From Yuukianura sp. NJ FZ-2021 (taxonomy: Eukaryota), in assembly GCA_046563655.1 (NCBI GenBank), contig CM102285.1:5270001-5334000 (forward strand): 64,000 bases of DNA, in the 5' to 3' direction. Shown piece after piece: positions 29,518-42,095 of the stretch (position 1 is its first letter; every line of letters starts with the position of its first letter). The translations under genes were made by a program, and so were the position numbers. The notes under the pieces were generated by a model. The model saw only the letters and a program-made list of their open reading frames with translations. It made no database searches and had not been told where the DNA came from.

Positions 29518-29816
29518 GGGTGGCAACGGTCTGAATTTCAACTTTAATTTTTTTTTCTTAAAACAACTCCCCAGTTTTTTTTTCCAAAAATTGGGAACGG
29601 TGTGCGACTTGAGAGTCAGAAACAGTTTCTATAATGAAGCCAGTGCTCTAACGCCTGGTTAGACACCTCGTAGTCCGCAGCGCCACGGTGGCAAGTTTAA
29701 ATTTTTTCTTAATGATCAACTTTTTAGTTTTTTTTTTAAAGTGGAAGCGGTGTGGGACCTGAGAGTCTGGAAAAGTGTCTTTAATAAAGCCAGTGGTCTA
29801 ACGCGTGGGTAGACAC
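29518..29816. repeat. Degenerate direct duplication, about 168-bp period
   Basis: GGTGGCAA...CGGTGTG(C/G)GAC(T/C)TGAGAGTC...AAGCCAGTG(C/G)TCTAACGC...TAGACAC occurs twice. Confidence 0.65.
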
Positions 29817-30505
29817 ATACTGTCCCTCACAAGCAGTGTTCCGTAAAAAGCGCTTTTGTAAAGTGGATGCTTTGCTTTTTGCTGTAAATAGCTTTTTTGC
29901 TGTTTTTGCTTTTTATGCTTTAAAAGCAGCAAAATTGCTGTTAATGGGAGGGACGGGAGGGGAAAGTACCTAAAGTAAACAAGTACAAAACAAACGAAAG
30001 AAGGAGGAGCAGATTCTTCTTTCTTTTACTTGTTTTCAGTTAATTTGTCTTTTTGGACATCTTTCACTTGTTCAAGTTTATCAACTAATTGTGAAAGGTG
30101 AAGTGGAAAAGAGAATCGGGCCGCAGAAATCGGAATTAAAGGGACGAAGGTATTAGAAGCGCAAGTTTGTAAATCGCAAAAGCGAACGGATTGGTGAGTT
30201 TGATTTGAGTCGTTATGCCATGTTCATGAGCCAGTGTCACTTCGGTATATCCAAAGAAATTGACATTTAATCTCATTCTCGCAATCTACAACGTCTAGGT
30301 TCATTCCCTGCCACTTCTCCAGTTCCAATCGACACTGACACAGCTAAAGCTGGCACTGGCACAGGAGGAATGCAAATGGAGTTGATTAGTGGCTAGGGAA
30401 TCGACCAGTGGTAAGTCCATACCTGTCGTGCCAGTGCCAGCGTTAGCTGTGCCAGTGTCGACAGGAACTGTTGAGGCTTCCTCCGTTGTTCAGGATGGTC
30501 ACTTA

Positions 30506-31341
30506 GGGTGGTATTTTTAATGGCAAAGTAACCGTAACCTTACCTTGACTCACAGGTCAAAGTAAGCTTTTCATATTTTTAAACAATTTTTCGTCTTACT
30601 TTGACCAATGGTTCAACCCTGGGTCAGCTTGACTTTTACCCTCAAGTAAAAGTTAGGATTTCATATTTTTAATGGAAAATGTGACACCTGGTAAGGTGAC
30701 TGAGCTCTAACCCGAGGTTAAAAATCCAACCCTGGTCAGGGGGTAGGGTTAGCGATTACTTTTTTGGAAATTTTAGCTATTTTATTTATAAAACTTAACT
30801 AATAGCTAATGAAAGTTCATTTTATCGCTTGAGGCGGCTTTCCAGACGACTCCAGCGTCGTCAACTAATCAGAAAAGTATCGTTGAGCAAATTGAAAGAT
30901 AACCAAAATAACAATATAATGAAATGGTAATTACCAACCCATCAGTAACTATGTTAATTGGCTCGATTAATTACGGTAAAACTAACAAAAAGCTAAGACC
31001 TTGAACTGATGTGAACATGTGATTTGTTTTGTTGTCAGTAAAGAACAAGTGACTCGCGGTTAGCTTACCTTCCGGTCAGAGTAAAGTAAAAGTTAACCGA
31101 GGGTATAATTCTACTTGTCATATTTCGTGTCCACTTCTGCTATGTGAAAAGGTTGAGAAAAATGTGACAAGTGAAATCGTAACTCTCGGTCAACTTTACC
31201 TTGACCGTCAGGTTAGCTAGCCTCGGTTCACTTTTTCATTAAAAATATGAAAATAACTTTGACCAAGGGGTTAAGGTTAGGTCCTGGTTAGGTGAACCGT
31301 GGTCAAACCTTACTTTGACTTTGTCATTAAAAATACCACCC
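30506..31341. mobile_element. PIF/Harbinger-like MITE nested in the hAT element
   Basis: TIR GGGTGGTATTTTTAATG(G/A)CAAAGT, 3-bp TSD TTA. Confidence 0.8.
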
Positions 31342-31484
31342 TTAAGGACTTCACTCGTGTTTACATTCAGAGCTTAACCAAACCAAATCTAAGTACGTGC
31401 AAGGCACTGGCCATACGTGACAGGTCATAAAAACACTGGCAAATTAACTTTGACTTTAGTTTTTCAGAAATTTGAGTGCACTTA

Positions 31485-32435
31485 CAAGGCACCGGCAAAG
31501 CCTGATAAGTTCAGATCTGACCCAAATTTGACATGTAGGCTCCAAATGACCCCAAATGACCTGTGTTAAGCTCTCCCGTCAAAATTTTAAACTTTTTTCA
31601 AAATTCCTAACTCTTTTCAAAATTTCAATTTCTTTTTCAAAATTTTGAACTTTTTTGAAAATTCTTAACTTTTTTCAAAATTTTGAACTTTTTTTTCAAA
31701 TTCTTAACTTTTTTCAAAATTTTGAACTTTTTTCAAAATTTTCAACTTTTTTCAAAATTCTTAACTTTTTTCAAAATTTTCAACTTTTTTCAAAATTCTT
31801 AACTTTTTGCAAAATTCTTAACTTTTTTGAAAATTTTCAACTTTTTTCAAAATTTTGAAAAAAATTTGCAATTTTGAAAAAAATTTGCAATTTTGAAAAA
31901 AATTTGCAATTTTGAAACATTTTTGAAATTTTGAAAAAAGTTGAAAATTTTGAAAAAAGTTCAAAATTTTGAAAAAAGTTAAGAATTTTGAAATTTTGAA
32001 AAAAAAAATTGAAATTTTAAAAAAAATTGAAATTTTAAAAAAAAATTGAAATTTTAAAAAAAAATTGAAATTTTAAAAAAAGTTAAGAATTTTGAAAAAA
32101 GTTCAAAATTTTGAAAATAGATCAAAATTTTGAAAAAAGTTAAGAATTTTGAAAAAAAATGCCATCCAAATCGGAGCCATGGAGGTCAACCGAAATTGGC
32201 CACCTGCAAAAATTACGATGACGGTGTTCAAAAATTCCTAAGGGGGGACCCCGTGAAACCTAAAAAATCCCGTGTTAATTCCCATAAGAATTTCCAAAAT
32301 TTTGAAAATTTTTCGAAATTTTGAATTTGTGGCCAGCGCAACGGGAGAGCTTAACACAGGTCATTTGGGGTCATTTGGAGCCTACATGTCAAATTTGGGT
32401 CAGATCTGAACTTATCAGGCTTTGCCGGTGCCTTG
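31485..32435. mobile_element. Foldback-type TIR element with AT-rich internal arrays, nested in the hAT element
   Basis: Apparently perfect ~95-bp TIR beginning CAAGGCACCGGCAAAGCC, TTA on both sides; interior is inverted arrays of ~19-bp AAAATTTTGAACTTTTTTC units. Confidence 0.85.
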
Positions 32436-34001
32436 TTAGTAGTTCCTGCGAGCCCCTTGAAGTTGCGCGTTTTCTCGTTCACGTTGTTTTTGTTTACCAA
32501 AAAACAGCAAAATTAAAAAAAAAGCAAACGCGAAAGCGAATGCTTGCTGGTTTTCATGTAAAAGCAAAAAAAACAAGCAAAAAAAGCATCTGCTTTAAAG
32601 CACATCGGAACACTGCTCACAAGCTATAAACGAAATGAGTAATTATGGTGGCCAGCAAAAAAAAACAGATCCACAAAAACCAAAACTGTTTTTCAATAAA
32701 GCGGCTCTTCTTTTTTTTGGTCTCCTGACCAACAAAAAAAGATAAAAAAAAGATAGGTTGAGTTTTTGTTGTTTGTTACAAATTTTTGTGTGAGAATTGC
32801 ATGACCAAAAAAATGGGGAAAAAAAATGCTGTAATTGATCAATTCAAACTGTCTTGGTATTTTTGGCAGGTGGAGAAGAGTTTAGTTTTAAAGTTTGAGA
32901 AAAAACGGCTTAAAAAATTGAGGCATCCAACTTTGAACGTCGAACAAGAGGAAGGTTACAATTAAAAATGGAAATGGTCAATGTTTCTTTTTTCGATTAT
33001 TTTTCTCATACCCCTTAAATCATTAAAAACAAGGTAGGGCGATGCTCAAGGGCATTGGTCTTCTGGAGGCAGTTGACAATTGATACGACTGAGATCGCCC
33101 GGCCGCAAAACCGTGGAACGAAAAGATGAGAAACCGTTTTCGTGTACTTCATGCTGCTATAAAACTTCGCGCAAAATTTTCAGTGCGGATATTAGGTCCT
33201 ACTTTGTGCATAAGTTGCACCAAATTGCGCAATAGCAAAAAATATTAAAAAACCGTGAAAATTAAGCTCTGCGCAGTTCTGACTCTCTTCAAATTATTTG
33301 GTGCACAATTGTTCTCAAATATGCACAGGTAACAACGTCCTTTACCCAGCGTCAAGGTAACTGCACAATTTTACATTCATGTGCAATAAGCGTGCAAAAC
33401 TAATTTTAATATTGAGGGGGAACGGGTCGAATATCGTTTCCTTAAAATCAAAATCGGTTCATGTAAATGCACAATTCAACGTTTATGTATCTCTGGTAGT
33501 TATAAGTGTGCATCATGCACACTTATAAAATTGAGCGTTGAGGGTGAGGCCTCGAATATCGCTTGTATAAATTGTATAAGTTTCTTGTGAATGCAAATTT
33601 GAACCCTGTCAAGCACTGTTTACGTATTACGAATTTAAGCCGAAATTTCTACCCTCTAACTAGGTTAAATTTAACAACGAAGTTAAAGTAGCTGTCAGAA
33701 ACTGACCAGATCAAAACTCTTCGTTGTTTAAATATATTTTATGTAAACGAAACCAAAATGTGTTCGCCATGCCACGAAACTGCGGGTACGTAAAGTAGCC
33801 GCAAACTTATACGTTGTGAATTTAATACTTTGAGTGCAATATAGAGGTAGAGAAAACAGTTGAGCCGTAGATAACCCCCCGACTGCGATGGGGCTTATGT
33901 TTCAGTGCAAAGTATCCTTAAACAATGTGACAGACGGACGGACGGACGGACAAAGTCGTATCAATAGTCTTCTTCAGCATGTCGTAGACATGCGTCTCCA
34001 G

Positions 34002-35449
34002 GAAGCTTACTTATAAACATAGGCTAGCCTAAGTTTGGCATAGCCTAGGTTTACCCGAATCACTTACCGCACTCAGAATTCCTTACTTATGAAACACATT
34101 CCGCTCATTATGGTAGATTTAAGGAACTTTTCTCCGAGTTAGGTGAGGTGGAGGGGTTGGAGGGGAGTACGCAGACTCAAAACAAAACAGAGATCAGCTG
34201 CTTCATCATGTTTATGACAATAGCCATTGCCAATGATTATTATAACCACTAATCATTCAACAATGGCCATATGGATAACTATTTTGTTTAACAGAGTTCC
34301 GAATAGGAACCCACTGACCATGACATGCTCCTAACCAAATAGATCTCCCTTCAGCTAACCTACACAGCACCTTATGACAATGTAATGAAGATGACAACTA
34401 GCGATAACGATTAGTGACGTTTGACAGTCTGCTGGATGACAATCTAATTGAATGGTGACTTCACATTCGCAAATTGACGTTTATTGACCAAATTAACGGG
34501 TTCCTTACGGGAACCCAATTGTTATTACCTAGTACAAATGGAAGTTGCTCCTCATGAACGTAGTGATGATAATGGTGACCTCACAAGCCAGTTTAACTTC
34601 ACAAACTACTAACATCACCTTATTCAACCACAAAAGTACCTTAAATTAGTTAAATTTACTATTAGTTTCATTGTGAACTCTATTTGAAGTAAGTGATAGA
34701 AGATTGACTGCGGTAACTTTAGAGCAGCCCTCGAGAATCCGTAGATAGTCACATACGTCACACTACTCTCGAGGGGCGGAGCTCTTCATAGGTAGCGATT
34801 TGGCTACCACGGGAAAGTTCTCTGTGGAGAAACAAGAGGAAGAGAAAGGGGTGAGGTAGGAGCTGCACCACTCTCTCCCACACTCCTTATGCCGAATTTA
34901 CACATACTGTTCCCATGCCGTGAACGTTCCCATGCCGTTACCTTTACGTTCATTGTTTCATTTATACTTGCTGCCAAAATCCAGTAGAACGGAATCTTTT
35001 CTCATGCCGTTCTTCTTTCCCTTCTGAATTCTACACAGAAAGTGTAAATCGTTGATTGAGGAAAATGAAGAATTGTCCAGGCAACACACAAAGATTATTA
35101 TTTAAAATCTTTTCCTCTCTACTTTCCTTCAAAAAGTTGAACTCGGTTCAACTTTTGAAAATGAAGGAAAGTAAAAAGGAATGGCATGGGAACGGCAAGT
35201 ATAAATGGAATTCCTTTACTTGCTTGTTTCACATCAGAAAGATGTGAGGAATTCTGTTGTCACGAGAAAGGCAACCATACACCGAAAAATCTGAAAGGAA
35301 AGCAGAAACAACAACTGAAAAAAGAGACGGCATGGGAATGTGTAAATTCGGCAGTACTCTTGTTTTATAAGTACCAAATGCCGTAAATTTTTGAATTTTT
35401 TCCGCGGGCAGCTCTACCGCGGTCGGCTAAAGTGTTATAAGTAGACCTC
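34002..35449. mobile_element. PIF/Harbinger-like non-autonomous insertion into the HINE end
   Basis: Imperfect TIR GAAGCTTACTTATAA / TTATAAGTAGACCTC with CAG duplicated on both sides. Removing it restores GCGTCTCCAGAAGACTAAAA, as in the sister copy. Confidence 0.65.
34890..35353. mobile_element. Small nested MITE
   Basis: TIR TGCCGAATTTACACA / TGTGTAAATTCGGCA with inverted TTCCCATGCCGT subterminal repeats; TSD unclear. Confidence 0.55.
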
Positions 35450-35484
35450 CAGAAGACTAAAAGTGAAAAGGTTTGGCGAATTGG

Positions 35485-36450
35485 TTTTAGTCTTCTGGAG
35501 ACGCATGTCTACGACATGCTGAAGAAGACTATTGATACGACTTTGTCCGTCTGTACGTCATACTTTTTAGGATCCTTTGCACTGAAACATGAGTCCCATG
35601 TTGTACGGGGGGTACTGTATCGCTCGATTATTTTCGTTAGGTCTACATTGTACTGAAAGTGTTATATTAACAACGGAGAAATGGGCGGCAACTTTACGTA
35701 CGCAGTATCGTTCCTACCCGAAAAACGTTTTGGTTTTGATTGCACTCAAAATATTTTTAAACTAAGTTTTGACCTGGTCATTTTCTGACAGTATGTTTAT
35801 TAACGTTGTTAATTTGGGACCGACGAGAGGGCTCAGAATCCGGCTTAAATTCGTCACACTTAACCAGTGCTTGGCAGAGTTCAAATTTGCATTCCCAAGA
35901 AACTTTTTATAATTTTGAATTTATACAAGCGATATTCGAGGCCTCACCCTTAACGCTCAATTTTGTGCATGATGCACACTTATAACTACCAGAGATACAT
36001 AAACGTTTAATTGTGCATTTACATGAACCGATTTTGATTTTAAGCAAACGATATTCGACCCGTTCCCCCTCAATATCAAGGTAAATAGAATACTCCTAGG
36101 TACGGTTTATTTACAATTAGAAAGAATTTAGGGGATTTTTTTCCCCTCGGCAACGTCATTTCTACTGTGAGTTTTTTAATGTTCAATGCATGTTTTCTCT
36201 GTACCGTGTTAACACCGTCATTGAAAACTTTTTCGTACACTTGAAATCCTAAAAAACTCACTGTATTCCCCACGCTGACGTCACGGATTTTAATTTACTT
36301 TTTCGTTGCCATTGGATACCGCCACTAGCTGCTAAATATTAAGTTTAACGTTGCACACTTATTGCGCATGAATGTAAAATTGTGTAGTTATTTTGACGCT
36401 GGGTAAACGACGTTGTTACGTCAAAACCTGTGCATATTTGAGAACAATTG
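35485..36450 (-). mobile_element. Second, truncated HINE copy in opposite orientation
   Basis: Reverse complement of about 33305-34000 with an extra ~270-bp block near 36076-36340. Confidence 0.7.
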
Positions 36451-36772
36451 AATGGCTTCGTGGAAAACAACCAAACAGATTTTTGGTTTAACTTAAGTTG
36501 CACAAAATCTGTTTGTAAACAAAGTTACAAACGAATTTAGAAGTGTGAGATAATTCGCGAGTGTACTGCTTTATTGGCTGAAAGTCTCTCTGTCAGTCTG
36601 TTCGTCGGTCACCCGCTAAAAGACTGCCAGCAGAAAACACAAATATATCACACACTTGTCTTGGCATACCCACTACGTTTAAGGCCACCAGTGTTGGTGG
36701 ATGCTGTAACGTCCAGTAGCTTAATTACCACTTCCACTGGATATCCACTGGAAGAAATGTGACCCAAATGGA

Positions 36773-37588
36773 TAGAGTTCCTAATGGCTCCCAAAAACTC
36801 AGGAGTCGGAGTCATGGCTCTTTCTTAACAGTTTGAGTCAGAGCCGTTGGCTCGAGAGCCATTAAGATTTTCTTTGAATCAGGAGTCATGACTCAAGAGC
36901 CGTTTGAGTCGGCTCCGGAGCCGGCTCCCGTACTCCTATGCAATGAGGTTTTCAGTAGTTAATTTCTACGCTGATCGTGGTACTGCATTGTTTATACGTT
37001 GTTAATTTCTAACTTTCTTCACTAATTACTTCGTCCTGAATGGGTCAAATTACCAAATAGAACCACAAAGAGACCCTGAAGATCTAATTCTGGAGTCGTC
37101 TATACGGAATGTAGTCAAGCTTCAGGCCGCCAGAATCTAGTAATCATTTTAAGGTGTCACTGTCTATTACAAAATACCACTCCATTGAATTGAACGATGA
37201 ACTGGGTTTAACGTTAGCCGCAAAGTCACGAAAATCTTAAGTTTGGGATTGAAAACGTAAAAATTTTCAACTTTACTCCGAAAGTTGACATTTTATACTC
37301 AAATTAGACGTCCTCCGTAAAAGCCACAAAAATTAATTCTGGTCACCAAAACATAGCACATATTTTTTGCGGCAAGCAATATGTCTGAAAAACTGTCAAT
37401 TTTGTTACATTTTAAAGTAATAAAATGAGTCGGCTCTTAGGCTACGGGAGCCGGCTCAAGAGCCGAAAATTTCGATTGCGAGCCGACTCGCAATTCCAAA
37501 GAGCCGTCACCAAATTTTGGGAGCCGATAAGGCAAACAGCCGGTTCGGAGCCATGAGCCATGACTCAATTTAGTCATTAGGAACTCTA
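36773..37588. mobile_element. hAT-like MITE
   Basis: TIR TAGAGTTCCTAATG, subterminal GAGCCG/GAGTC repeats, 8-bp TSD CAAATGGA. Confidence 0.85.
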
Positions 37589-39689
37589 CAAATGGACGAA
37601 ACTATAAGCGGATGAAAGAAATCAAAAATTTAGCGCGAAATTAAGAAAAAATTCCTATTTTAAATTGCAAAACATAGCATAAAGTTTTTCTTTCGCTGTT
37701 AAAATTAATTAATTAAAACGTATTTAAAAACATATTTTTTTCGTTTTTGTATTGTATTTGTATTAATTTTGATAGCTTTTTGCATTCAATTAAATCCAAT
37801 CCGGAGGGCAAAGCTCCGCCCCTTTGGATTAGTAGATTGTGGTTGTTGATGCATCCATTTCGGCCATTTCTTCCACTGGATATCAAGCCATGGATGAAAT
37901 GCCGAAAAAGTGGATATCCACAAGCACTGAAAACCACATTTTCATTACTTATATTTCGGTACAGAATATTTCCGATGAGACGAATTTTCTGTACGCTTAA
38001 ACGTTCAGTGGAGTAGTTGCAGCTTCCATTGGATACCCATTGGGAAAAATGAATCCGTAGTGGCAGAAACTTGATATGAAAGAAAACAACTAAAAAATTC
38101 AGCTCGAAATTCAAATGAACTTAAATATACTGCAAAAATTCATTCAATTATAATCTGAAACTATAGGATGATATGAAAGGTTTTCCTTTTTCCTAGCGAA
38201 GACGAATTATTCGCAAACGATATTGCATTTGTTTCTGTAGTTTATTAGGTTTTATTGTTTGTCGGACAAGTTCAGTTTTTTGAATTCGTCTACTTTGTCA
38301 GTTTCATCCACAGGATATCCAGAACCACCAGTGGATGAAGTCGAAGTGTTGAAGTAGGCATCCATCAACGAACAGATGAGCTCCTTATTGATTCGGTTCA
38401 ATTCCGAGCCAATCTTGTCAAAACAGTTGTTCACAGCGATAGGGTAAATAGTTTCTATACATTTTAATTTTTGAAAAACTGGTCGCCATTCCAAAAACTG
38501 TGTCACGAGAAATCGCACCTGGGGACTATTTCACCACTTTACATTTTTCACTTTTCAATAATCACTCCGCAGTTTGCAATTTTTGCAAATTGAGGATGAG
38601 GAGCGTTTCACCATAACAACAAGCTCCTCAAATTTCCTTCCGCAGTTTTCAACCTTTTTTTTGAAAAGTGAGAAAGAAAAACTTAGCAAAATGAAGAGTG
38701 ATGACTCTTCATTTACGTCTCGTAAATATGGATATTACACTACTGGAAATCGAAACTTTAGCTCCAATCAAAACTTGGTGACCGTGCATGGGTCACCGTC
38801 GGTTAGTGAACGTCCATTAGTGACTGTCAATTGGAGGCTATGCATTGGCGACCGTCCGTTAGTGACCGCCTATTATGATATCGGCCCACCAGTGACCGTT
38901 ACCTCTTAAGGTGACCTTCGAAACTCTCTATTTGCTGCATGTCAGGAACAATTCCCGGATCCTAATTGACAGTCACTTATGGAGCCATACACTTATGCAC
39001 GGGCAATTATGCACACAGGAACACTCGGTGGTTTCCCAAGGGGGTTGATCCCCGGGGGTGGCGCAGGGGGTGATTGTGAATTTGCACTATATTTGTAGAA
39101 AAATCACATTAATAAGTCAATCTCAATCGTTTATACAACATTTCATGACCAATCTGTCCAGTAATGGACGGCAACTCATAATAATCAAGCACTTTTCAAT
39201 CTTTGAAGAAGCCTTCGACCTTCTTCAAAAAAAATTGAAAAGTGCAAAACTTTGCACAAATTTTGTTGCCAAAGAAAAAGCAGTGAAACACTCTTCACGC
39301 TTTTTGAGTGAAAATTTCCTTAATTTTCACTTTGCAAAATTCATCCACAATTTGCAATTTTCACTTTGCAACGTTGTTATGGTGAAACAGTCCACTCCTC
39401 AATTTTCTCGAAAACATGAAAATTGAGGAGAAAAAAGTGCAAAATGAAAAGTGGTGAAATACACTCCTGATCTTCTAGCGAGGCGGTCAAAGCGACAGCC
39501 TGAGTGTCTTTACTTTTCTTGTCCTCCTTTTGAAGCGGAGATGATGCAGGTCTCTTGGAACTGTTAGCAAGGTTGGAGGAAGATGCGGAAAGAATTGGCT
39601 TCAGCGTCGGTGATCGAAGTAACTTAGACATGTTGCTATTGTAAGGCAAATTTCAATGCACAGGAGGACTATTCAGTCGTGCGACTGTC

Positions 39690-40085
39690 TGTCACAGGAG
39701 CCAAAATCGAACTCCTCAAAAGGAAAGTTAGGCATAACTCCGGATTTCCGCGAGGGATTACCAGCATTTAGAACGGGTTCGGTAAGTTCCACACACGACG
39801 TAGATATCAAAAGTGATTCACATTCGGATGAAATCCCTTCGCTGATTCTGTAGACGATCAACATCTCCTAGGTTCCAAGTGACTCTCAACATAAGGTGAC
39901 CACACTACTGTCTCCAGTAATTATTGATCAAGGTCAACCATTCAATTCATCCTACATGACCCAAGCCGCAGTAACTCAGCAATATCTTCTCAAAGGATAA
40001 AAAAGCCAATACTCAAGCAGAAATTTACAGCGAAATCCATTCAACGTCATATCGAGAAGTTCGAAAGTTGGGCTGAAAGTATATA
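39690..40085 (+). pseudogene. Gypsy-type gag N-terminal fragment related to the gag at 58570
   Basis: With one frameshift it reads LLKG/DKKPILKQKFTAKSIQRHIEKFESWAESI, aligning with VIKGDKRPTHKQKLTTKSIKRHIEKFDTWADGL in ORF 58522-59364. The 5' limit is approximate. Confidence 0.7.
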
Positions 40086-40548
40086 TGCTGGGCCGACAGT
40101 TGGGAAGACATGGATGTAACATACAAACATTTTGACGTTGCCGAACTTCCTCGATGGGTTTTTCCAAAAGCTGAGTTGTAGAGCAATTTCCTTTAGGTCA
40201 GACTTGGCAAGCTTTATCCTCATTTTGGTGTTAAAGTTGATAATATCTATTATTGATGGTCTCTTATTGAAGGAAATTCAACGGTGAATTTTTGTAACTT
40301 TAGCTCCAATTTTGTCTGAGGATTCCGTCAGAGGACTTGCCAATGTTGGCAAAGGCTCTTACTGAGTTATATACAGAGATTCTGGGTTACAACATTGTTG
40401 ACAAAGAACAAAAAAAAATAAGGAACAACATGTATAAGCGTCAAGTTCCACTGCAGCGAAGGGTATTGCTAGTTTTTTATTATTTTATATTTTGACAATA
40501 ATACGTTGATAGATTTTATTTTTTGTTAGATTAACTGTCCTCATCAGT

Positions 40549-41433
40549 ATGTCCTCATCAGTCCTCTTTCAGGAATTTGAGTCTACTCATTTTGGAATTT
40601 TGTCTAGCATTAGAGTTATTCCTCAACATACTATTACAAAGATTGTTGAATTCTTTTCTCATGTTGAAAAGGATATACCTAATTTGTTGGAACAGTATGT
40701 TTTACATTTTGAGGTAATAACTGTAAGTATAGTCTTACCGATACACTGCAAAATGAGTTGTTAAACAAGGAAGCCGAGGCATACCTCACCTCCCTCACAC
40801 AACGTCTCTGCTTTACGGAAGATGTGAACAAAATAATTCACGACTCGTGCTGCTTTAATTATTGAAATATTAAACAACTACAACCAAAATGGTAAAAAAT
40901 GAAAAGAAAAAAATGGTTATTGAGAAACGCTTTTTTTTCATTTTTATTTGTTACTTTTAGGTTCTCTTTGGACTTTGGAAAGGATTCTTTTGTTTGATGT
41001 TTTGATTGGCACTTGTGGAGCGATTGAAGCTCCAGGTAGAATAATTGCATTACCAGAAAATTTAGCTCGACGGCAAGGAATTTTGGGATTTTCTGCAAAA
41101 TTTTTTGACTGCTTCCGGTATGCTATAATGGTTGGAATTTATTTACAATCCGATCCTGTTCAAGAATGTTTTTTTAAAAAGATTGGATCGAAGGGATTTC
41201 CAAAAGAATTTTAAAATCAATGCCTTCAGAAGCTTTTGAACAGCAAGTATACTCAACCACACGTTATTCCCCAACTTAGATCTAAGCACTATCAATTATT
41301 TACGATACTACAAAATCGTGTTATACTTTCCAACATTTACACACATACATACTTGTGTGAGAATATGGTAGATACCCTACCATGGTCTACCTTGTACACT
41401 CCTGAACAAATAATAAACTACTATGACTTATAG
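40549..41433 (+). pseudogene. Polinton/Maverick protein-primed DNA polymerase B remnant (N-terminus joined to C-terminus, catalytic core missing)
   Basis: N-terminal pattern NQNG|SLWTLERILLFDVLIG...GRIIALPENLARRQGIL...CFRYAI resembles the Polinton pPolB GSGW...LP...CF.WA region, with a 69-nt GT-AG intron at 40892-40960 and frameshifts. ORF 41236-41433 (QLRSKHYQLFTILQNRVILS...DTLPW) resembles the pPolB C-terminal IRS..H..YT..QNK..LS...TLP.G tail. Confidence 0.65.
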
Positions 41434-41465
41434 TCATTGTCAGCCAAATTTTGGCTGTGCTCTAA

Positions 41466-42095
41466 ATGGACGTAAGGATTCGAACGCCATTCCTAGGAGT
41501 AATTGCTGGTAAACTTCATCTTTTTTATTTTGAAACTTTTTGATTTCTTAATAAAGCAACTTTCAACAGGTCCGAATGGAAGTGGAAAAACTACATTACA
41601 GACTTTATCAAAATTATCAAAAGAAGGCATTCTACTAATCCACCAATCTCCATAGTTATAATTTGGTACTCATACTTCCAAGCATTGTACCAAAATTTGG
41701 TTGAAGTTGAAGAAGATGTCCATCTCGTACCTACACTACAAGAAGCTTTACTTCTAATTCAACCAAACTCTTTGCTATTCACAGATGATCATTCAATAGA
41801 CATTTTGAAAACACCGTCCTACCTTCGACAAGTTACCAACCTATTTGCGAAAGAGTCTCATCATCAACAATACTCCATTTTTCCTATTCTTGACAATTTA
41901 TTTGAACCAAAAATTAGAACACTTGCTCTACAAACTGAATTATTATTCGTATTCTCAAATCCTCGTGACAGGTCAAATATTTTCAATCTTTCCCGCCAGT
42001 CTTATCCTCATTCTCCATGGTTCCTCAACGAAGCTTTTACCTTAGCCACTCAAAACAAACCATACTCATATTTTGTTATTGGTGTTGCACAATCA
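41466..42095 (+). pseudogene. Polinton/Maverick A32-like DNA packaging ATPase, intron-containing, frameshifted, 3' truncated
   Basis: MDVRIRTPFLGVIAG|PNGSGKTT (Walker A) after removing a 61-nt GT-AG intron (41509-41569). Walker-B-like LLFTDD, then LFAKESHH, RTLALQT, FSNPRD, LSRQSYP and EAFTLAT.KPYSYFVI, which follow the Polinton ATPase pattern. Confidence 0.85.

Larger units (their letters stand above)
29834..32615. mobile_element. hAT-like non-autonomous element with nested insertions
   Basis: Termini CAGTGTTCCG / CGGAACACTG, subterminal AAAAGC repeats, 8-bp TSD CTCACAAG. Confidence 0.85.
33028..35462 (+). mobile_element. Helentron/HINE (DINE-1-like) non-autonomous element, interrupted near one end
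   Basis: Subterminal inverted repeat GTCTTCTGGAG (33058) / CTCCAGAAGAC, GACG microsatellite near 33931, hairpin GCATGTC-GTA-GACATGC, A-rich ends. Second copy in opposite orientation at 35485-36450. Strand is relative only. Confidence 0.6.

Noticed and set aside
30330..30465. Inverted repeat as a structured ncRNA
   Set aside because: It lies inside a non-autonomous hAT element with no RNA-family features; more likely a MITE remnant.
31655..31858. 67-aa F/K/N-rich ORF
   Set aside because: Translation of an AT-rich tandem array.
39377..39649. KRPASSPL-containing ORF as a LINE ORF1 fragment
   Set aside because: Only a short low-complexity resemblance; no endonuclease or RT is adjacent.
40228..40246. 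TGTTAAAGTTGATAATA as the copia 3' LTR end
   Set aside because: It matches the LTR end for only about 17 nt and the similarity does not extend.
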